Shown here: positions 59,961 through 64,000 of the stretch, one piece after another
Position numbering within the stretch: the stretch's first letter is position 1
Layout of the letters: each line of letters starts with the position of its first letter
NCBI GenBank assembly: GCA_011050235.1
Contig: DRGC01000032.1
Span: 30,042 to 94,041 of the forward strand
Direction: 5' to 3'
From: Phycisphaerae bacterium
Lineage (GTDB): Bacteria > Planctomycetota > Phycisphaerae > SM23-33
DNA: 64,000 nucleotides
Notes under the pieces: generated by a model
Told to the model about the DNA's origin: nothing
The model's input: only the letters and a program-made list of their open reading frames with translations
The model's database searches: none
Program-made: the position numbers and the translations under genes

Positions 59961-61001
59961 CTACGGCGGGTTGTCGTCCGGGCCCGCCGGGGTCCCAAGC
60001 TCCAGCCGCAGTGCGTCCGCTTCGGCGCCAGCGGTCTCGGCCGCGGCAGTCTGCGGGTAGCGACGGACGACGTCCTCATAGTACTTCAGGGCCTTGGCCA
60101 GCATGCCGCCCTTGTGATACAGCCGCGCTCGCTTCAGCGCCCGCTCTGCGTCTTCGGCGTGGCGGGCCCTTCGGACGGGCCCCATAAACTCCTCATCGCC
60201 GGTCAGTGCGACCCGTTCGTCGGCGATCCGCCCGGCGACCGCGGTTTTTCCGTAGTCCCGTTGGATCTTCTCCATGATCCCGATCACGGCCACCTGCTTG
60301 TCCACAGCAAGCAGCTTGATCGCGGCGACCCGCCCGCCGGGGTCGGACGGGCGAGACGACGGGCCCGGACGGGTGGCGGCCCCGTCGTCAGGGCGGTCGC
60401 TTGATTCCGATGACGCCTCGGCGATGATCCTGTCGATCTGGCGATCCAGCGCCGCCGCCCGCATCGCCGCATAGTGCGCCTTGATCTGCGGGTCGGCCTT
60501 GGCTGTTTGCAGCGAGGCCTGCGCCTCCTTGGCGGCCGGGAGGCCCTTCAACACGTGGGCGACCTGCTGATACAAGTCGATCGCCTCGGCGTAGCGCTTC
60601 TGGTCGTACGCTTCGTTGGCCTGGGTCAGGACGCTACGGCCGTAGTTCTCCAACTGCTGATAGAGGTTTCGCAGCCGCGGGACATCGGCCTTACGGTCCG
60701 TCACCAGTGTCCGCGCCGTGTCCAGGCTCTGACGGGCCCGCAGCCATTTTTCATCGGCGATGAGCTTCTGAGCCTTGGTGATGAGTTGATCGAACCGCTT
60801 TTTCCTCCGCTGCTTTTCCTTTTCGGGGTCTTCCCCGGCCGGCCCCATACCGACACGCGTCCCGCTGGGAAGATTCGCCCCGCCCTGGACCTGTCCCCGC
60901 GCAACCGGCGCCGTCAGGGCCACACATGCCGCCAGGGCTCCCACGGCCCAGAGGCCAAGGGGCTTTCTGATGGCGTCATCCTGTTGCGCCCGCTCGGTCA
61001 T
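59961..61001 (-). CDS. secreted TPR-repeat protein
   Basis: Signal peptide. TPR-like helical repeats. Its start overlaps the upstream gene stop by 4 nt. Confidence 0.45.
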   Translation of the reverse strand: MTERAQQDDAIRKPLGLWAVGALAACVALTAPVARGQVQGGANLPSGTRVGMGPAGEDPEKEKQRRKKRFDQLITKAQKLIADEKWLRARQSLDTARTLVTDRKADVPRLRNLYQQLENYGRSVLTQANEAYDQKRYAEAIDLYQQVAHVLKGLPAAKEAQASLQTAKADPQIKAHYAAMRAAALDRQIDRIIAEASSESSDRPDDGAATRPGPSSRPSDPGGRVAAIKLLAVDKQVAVIGIMEKIQRDYGKTAVAGRIADERVALTGDEEFMGPVRRARHAEDAERALKRARLYHKGGMLAKALKYYEDVVRRYPQTAAAETAGAEADALRLELGTPAGPDDNPP

Positions 61002-63415
61002 TCGCCCCGATCCTCTTGACCGCCATCGTCAGCGGCAGCGTCGGCGGGCTGGGTATGGGCCGGCTTGATGAAGGCCGACGCCATCTTGGCGACCAGCGCA
61101 TCCTCATCGTTAGCCAACTGCCGCAGGCGCGGGTCTTCGGCCTCCTTCGATGAGCGGCCGAGGAACACGGCCCCCTCCGCCGACAGGCCGAGCAACTCGG
61201 CCTCCCTCACCCGCACGAGCGGGGAGACATCATCCAGGACCAGGCCCATCAACTGCAAACGGTCGGCCCGTTCGGCCTGGCGCAGTGCATTGAGCATTTC
61301 GGCCCGAACGACCGCCGACCGGTCCTGCAGAAGACGGCGCGTCATCGCCAACAGGTCCGACCGCATCCGTTCAGGGGGAATTTGCTCGGGCAACGAGGCC
61401 CGTTTGGCATCCACTTCGGCCAGCAGCGCCAGCAACGAGCCGATTCGTCCGGCCGTCCGCATCCGGTCGGATGGATCGTCACTGTCGAGACCTTTACGCA
61501 AAAGCGCGTCGAGTGGGTCGTATCCGCCTCCCTTGGCGAGGTCCGTCAACAGGCTCGTTCGGACAATCGTCGCCGAAGCGACCTGGACGCTGGGCAGGGC
61601 GCTGACAAGCTCCTCGCCCCGCTGGACCGGATCGAGAATGCCTGTCACCACCAATGTCAGTTTGCTCATAGGCCGAGCGGACAGGTAGTCCCTTAGCGGC
61701 CCGACATCCAAACGAGTTTCGCACGATAACGTCCGCCCCGGGCCCAGGTAGCGCGGCGCGTGCCAGACCGCCATCGGCAGCAGCACAAACGTCGCCTCCG
61801 GGTCCTCAGCCACGGCAACCCGCAGGGCCATCACGGGCGAGCATACCCCGGTCTGCCCGATGGGGATGTCCACAGGTCCGATGTTGGTCAGACGGGCCGT
61901 GATCGTGATCGGGTCGCCCACGGCGACCGTCGGGGCGGCGGTGAGGGAGGCCTGGACAAACCGTTCGGGCTGACGGCCCATCTGAAAGGTCAGTGTGCCG
62001 AACTTGGTCATCAGGGCCTTGATCTGTCCGGTTCCGGGCGCCGGCTCGATGGGGATCCGATGCTTCCTGGCCACCATCGCCAACAGCCGATACGCCGGTC
62101 CGCTGCGCCCCAGCGCGACGCCCGCACCGAGGGCCTCGGTGGCTGGCTGATCCTGCGCGGCGCCGAAGTAGTATTCCGCGAGGAAGTACGCAGCATACGC
62201 ATCCTCCGACGAGATCGTCGCCAGCCGTTTGACGCCGGCTGCAATGGCGCCGCTGGCGACTTCCGCCGCACCCAGCAATCGCATCAACAGAACGCTCTCG
62301 CCGGCATCGGGGCCCGCCAGTTGGACCGCTTGCCGCGCGTGGCGCAGCGCCCGCGTGGCGTCCGGGCGGGCCGTCAGGTAGAACATGGCCATCTCGATGT
62401 TGTACTGCAGAGCATCCGGGCCGGTCGGCGTGCCCTGATAGGCCGCTTCAATCTGACGGATCAGATCCCGCACCTCGCCCGGCTTGTTGAGTTGCCCATA
62501 CGCCTCCATCAGCAGTATCTGCAGGTCCAGGCTGTCGGGAAAGCGGCCGCGCATAGGCGAGAACATTTTGACCGCCCGCTCGGCCTGCCTGGCATCGAGC
62601 ATGGCATTGCAGTACCGCATCAACCAAACGTGAGGGAACGCCTCGGGCCCCATGTCGCGTCGGCCTACCTCCCAGGCATAGTCGAACACCGCGATCGCGT
62701 CCTTCCACAGCCCCATCGATCCCAGCAACACGGCCACATCGCTCGCGGCGTTGAGGTCCATCGGACTGCCCCGCAGGATCCGCAGAAGCATGTTGCATTG
62801 GTCCACGGGGCTGATGGCCTCCTTTTGAAGGCTTAGCCACCCGGTCAGACCGCCGCGATGATATGGATCGAACGCCAGCGTCTGCAGAAAGAGCCGCCTG
62901 GCCTCGTCCGTCAGCCCCTGGCCGACGAGGATCTCCGCATAGCGCACCATGGCCTGGGCCCGAACGGCCGACGGGATGGCTTGGTCCTTGATCACCCGGT
63001 CGAAGAACTCCCGGCGATCCTCAGAGGATTGCAGCGTAGCCGTCTTGTTGACCAGCCATTGGCGCCAGATCGCCTGATCGTTGTCGGCCGTTTTCAGGCA
63101 GACGTCCAACGCTCCGACGGCCTGAGCGAAATCGTCCTGGCCCTGATAGACGTCAGCCAGAAGGCGGTTGGCGTGGTAGTTGTCGGGCGCCAATCGACGG
63201 GCAAGTTCGGCCAGCACGATCAGCCGCCGCACGCGCGCCGGGGCATCGGGGGTCAGAAGAATACCGCCAGCCGAGCGAGCGAGGCTCTCGGCGGCGAGCG
63301 TCCGTTCGGCCTTGGTCAGATCGGCTGGCGCCGCAGCCGGTGGCTGTGCCGACACGCCGGCCCCCGTGCACGCCAGCACGATGGTGAGCATCCGTGCGCA
63401 GATCATCGTCACCAT
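60998..63415 (-). CDS. 805-aa secreted TPR/HEAT-like repeat protein
   Basis: Signal peptide MLTIVLACTGAGVSA. Long alpha-helical repeat architecture. Translationally coupled to the downstream TPR gene. Confidence 0.45.
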   Translation of the reverse strand: MVTMICARMLTIVLACTGAGVSAQPPAAAPADLTKAERTLAAESLARSAGGILLTPDAPARVRRLIVLAELARRLAPDNYHANRLLADVYQGQDDFAQAVGALDVCLKTADNDQAIWRQWLVNKTATLQSSEDRREFFDRVIKDQAIPSAVRAQAMVRYAEILVGQGLTDEARRLFLQTLAFDPYHRGGLTGWLSLQKEAISPVDQCNMLLRILRGSPMDLNAASDVAVLLGSMGLWKDAIAVFDYAWEVGRRDMGPEAFPHVWLMRYCNAMLDARQAERAVKMFSPMRGRFPDSLDLQILLMEAYGQLNKPGEVRDLIRQIEAAYQGTPTGPDALQYNIEMAMFYLTARPDATRALRHARQAVQLAGPDAGESVLLMRLLGAAEVASGAIAAGVKRLATISSEDAYAAYFLAEYYFGAAQDQPATEALGAGVALGRSGPAYRLLAMVARKHRIPIEPAPGTGQIKALMTKFGTLTFQMGRQPERFVQASLTAAPTVAVGDPITITARLTNIGPVDIPIGQTGVCSPVMALRVAVAEDPEATFVLLPMAVWHAPRYLGPGRTLSCETRLDVGPLRDYLSARPMSKLTLVVTGILDPVQRGEELVSALPSVQVASATIVRTSLLTDLAKGGGYDPLDALLRKGLDSDDPSDRMRTAGRIGSLLALLAEVDAKRASLPEQIPPERMRSDLLAMTRRLLQDRSAVVRAEMLNALRQAERADRLQLMGLVLDDVSPLVRVREAELLGLSAEGAVFLGRSSKEAEDPRLRQLANDEDALVAKMASAFIKPAHTQPADAAADDGGQEDRGE

Positions 63416-63456
63416 CCTTTCATCCGGCCGAGGGTCCGTCCGCGGTCGCTCGCGTC

Positions 63457-64000
63457 CTACGGCATCGGTGGCTCGGGTGTTGCGGATATCTTCAGGCTGA
63501 AAGCAATATCCTGCCCACTTCGGCTAATCGCCAGATCGACGGGTTTCCCCTCCTTCAACGCGCGTTCGATCAGCTTCTTGAAGGCCTCGATGGTCGTAAC
63601 CTTCTCGCCGTTGACTGCAGAGATCGTGTCGCGCACTTCCACCCCCGCTCGTTCGGCGGCGGTGTTCTGCCCGATCCGCAGCACCAACAACCCCGGCGTC
63701 TTTCCGCTGGAGGTCTTATCGATGTATTGGTCGATATTGATTTTTTCACGAATGATGACGCCGACCTCCTGCGAGATGTGGCGCAGGGCCTGGGTGGGCT
63801 GTTTCGGCGCAGCCTCGAGGGTCAGTACGGCCTGCATCGGCTTGCCGCCGCGAATCACATCGATCTCGACGGCGGCCCCGACCCCATAGCCGGCCATGGT
63901 CCGCCCGAAATGCTTGACCATCTGCTGGACCAGTGGGAACTTCGGCAAGGGCTTGCCCTGGATGCCCACAATGATGTCTTCGTCCTCCAAGCCGGCCTTG
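63457..64000 (-). CDS. 3' part of an HtrA/DegP-like serine protease (two PDZ domains), 5' end beyond window
   Basis: PDZ-like segments GLEDEDIIVGIQGKPL and GVEVRDTISAVNGEKVTTIEAF are present. The ORF is open to the right edge. Confidence 0.5.
   Translation of the reverse strand, partial: KAGLEDEDIIVGIQGKPLPKFPLVQQMVKHFGRTMAGYGVGAAVEIDVIRGGKPMQAVLTLEAAPKQPTQALRHISQEVGVIIREKINIDQYIDKTSSGKTPGLLVLRIGQNTAAERAGVEVRDTISAVNGEKVTTIEAFKKLIERALKEGKPVDLAISRSGQDIAFSLKISATPEPPMP

Overview
This is a 64 kb window of high-GC (about two thirds G+C) bacterial chromosome. The gene content suggests a Planctomycetota-like organism; this is inference only. The supporting content is PEP-CTERM and dockerin-like proteins, bacterial C-type lectin domains, huge secreted TPR proteins, a signal peptidase I with a large insertion, and FlgM. 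Most of the window is densely packed core-type genes: radical SAM activase, cstA, aspartokinase, an ApgM-like enzyme, xthA, pyk, lemA, thermonuclease, pyrE, lepB, lptB, leuS, ahcY, mnmG, ftsY, nusB, ribH and trpF. I found no rRNA, tRNA, CRISPR array or recognisable transposase or integrase. Five things stand out. (1) A roughly 12 kb same-strand cluster at 31837..43990 holds two tandem paralogous ~1035-aa proteins (AlkP/NPP-like N-terminal domain with altered catalytic residues, then TPR, then an unassigned C-terminal domain). It also holds two tandem paralogous ~670-aa proteins, each an internal duplication of a ~300-aa module that I cannot assign, and a PEP-CTERM protein with dockerin-like repeats. 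This is my best candidate for an undescribed system. (2) A family of heptanucleotide tandem-repeat arrays occurs as inverted pairs around intergenic hairpins at 1984..2105 and 50277..50405. One copy is intergenic at 52044..52078. Another lies in frame inside mnmG at 55053..55086. (3) Several dispersed REP-like elements, plus direct repeats flanking a PEP-CTERM gene, are present. (4) A low-GC island at the left edge carries a cytoplasmic trypsin-like peptidase. (5) A 1350-aa secreted protein carries canonical EPN/WxD C-type lectin domains and a coding poly-G tract. There is also a TrpF-ankyrin fusion. Starts were chosen by homology to typical N-termini and reading-frame arithmetic and may be off by a codon or an alternative start.
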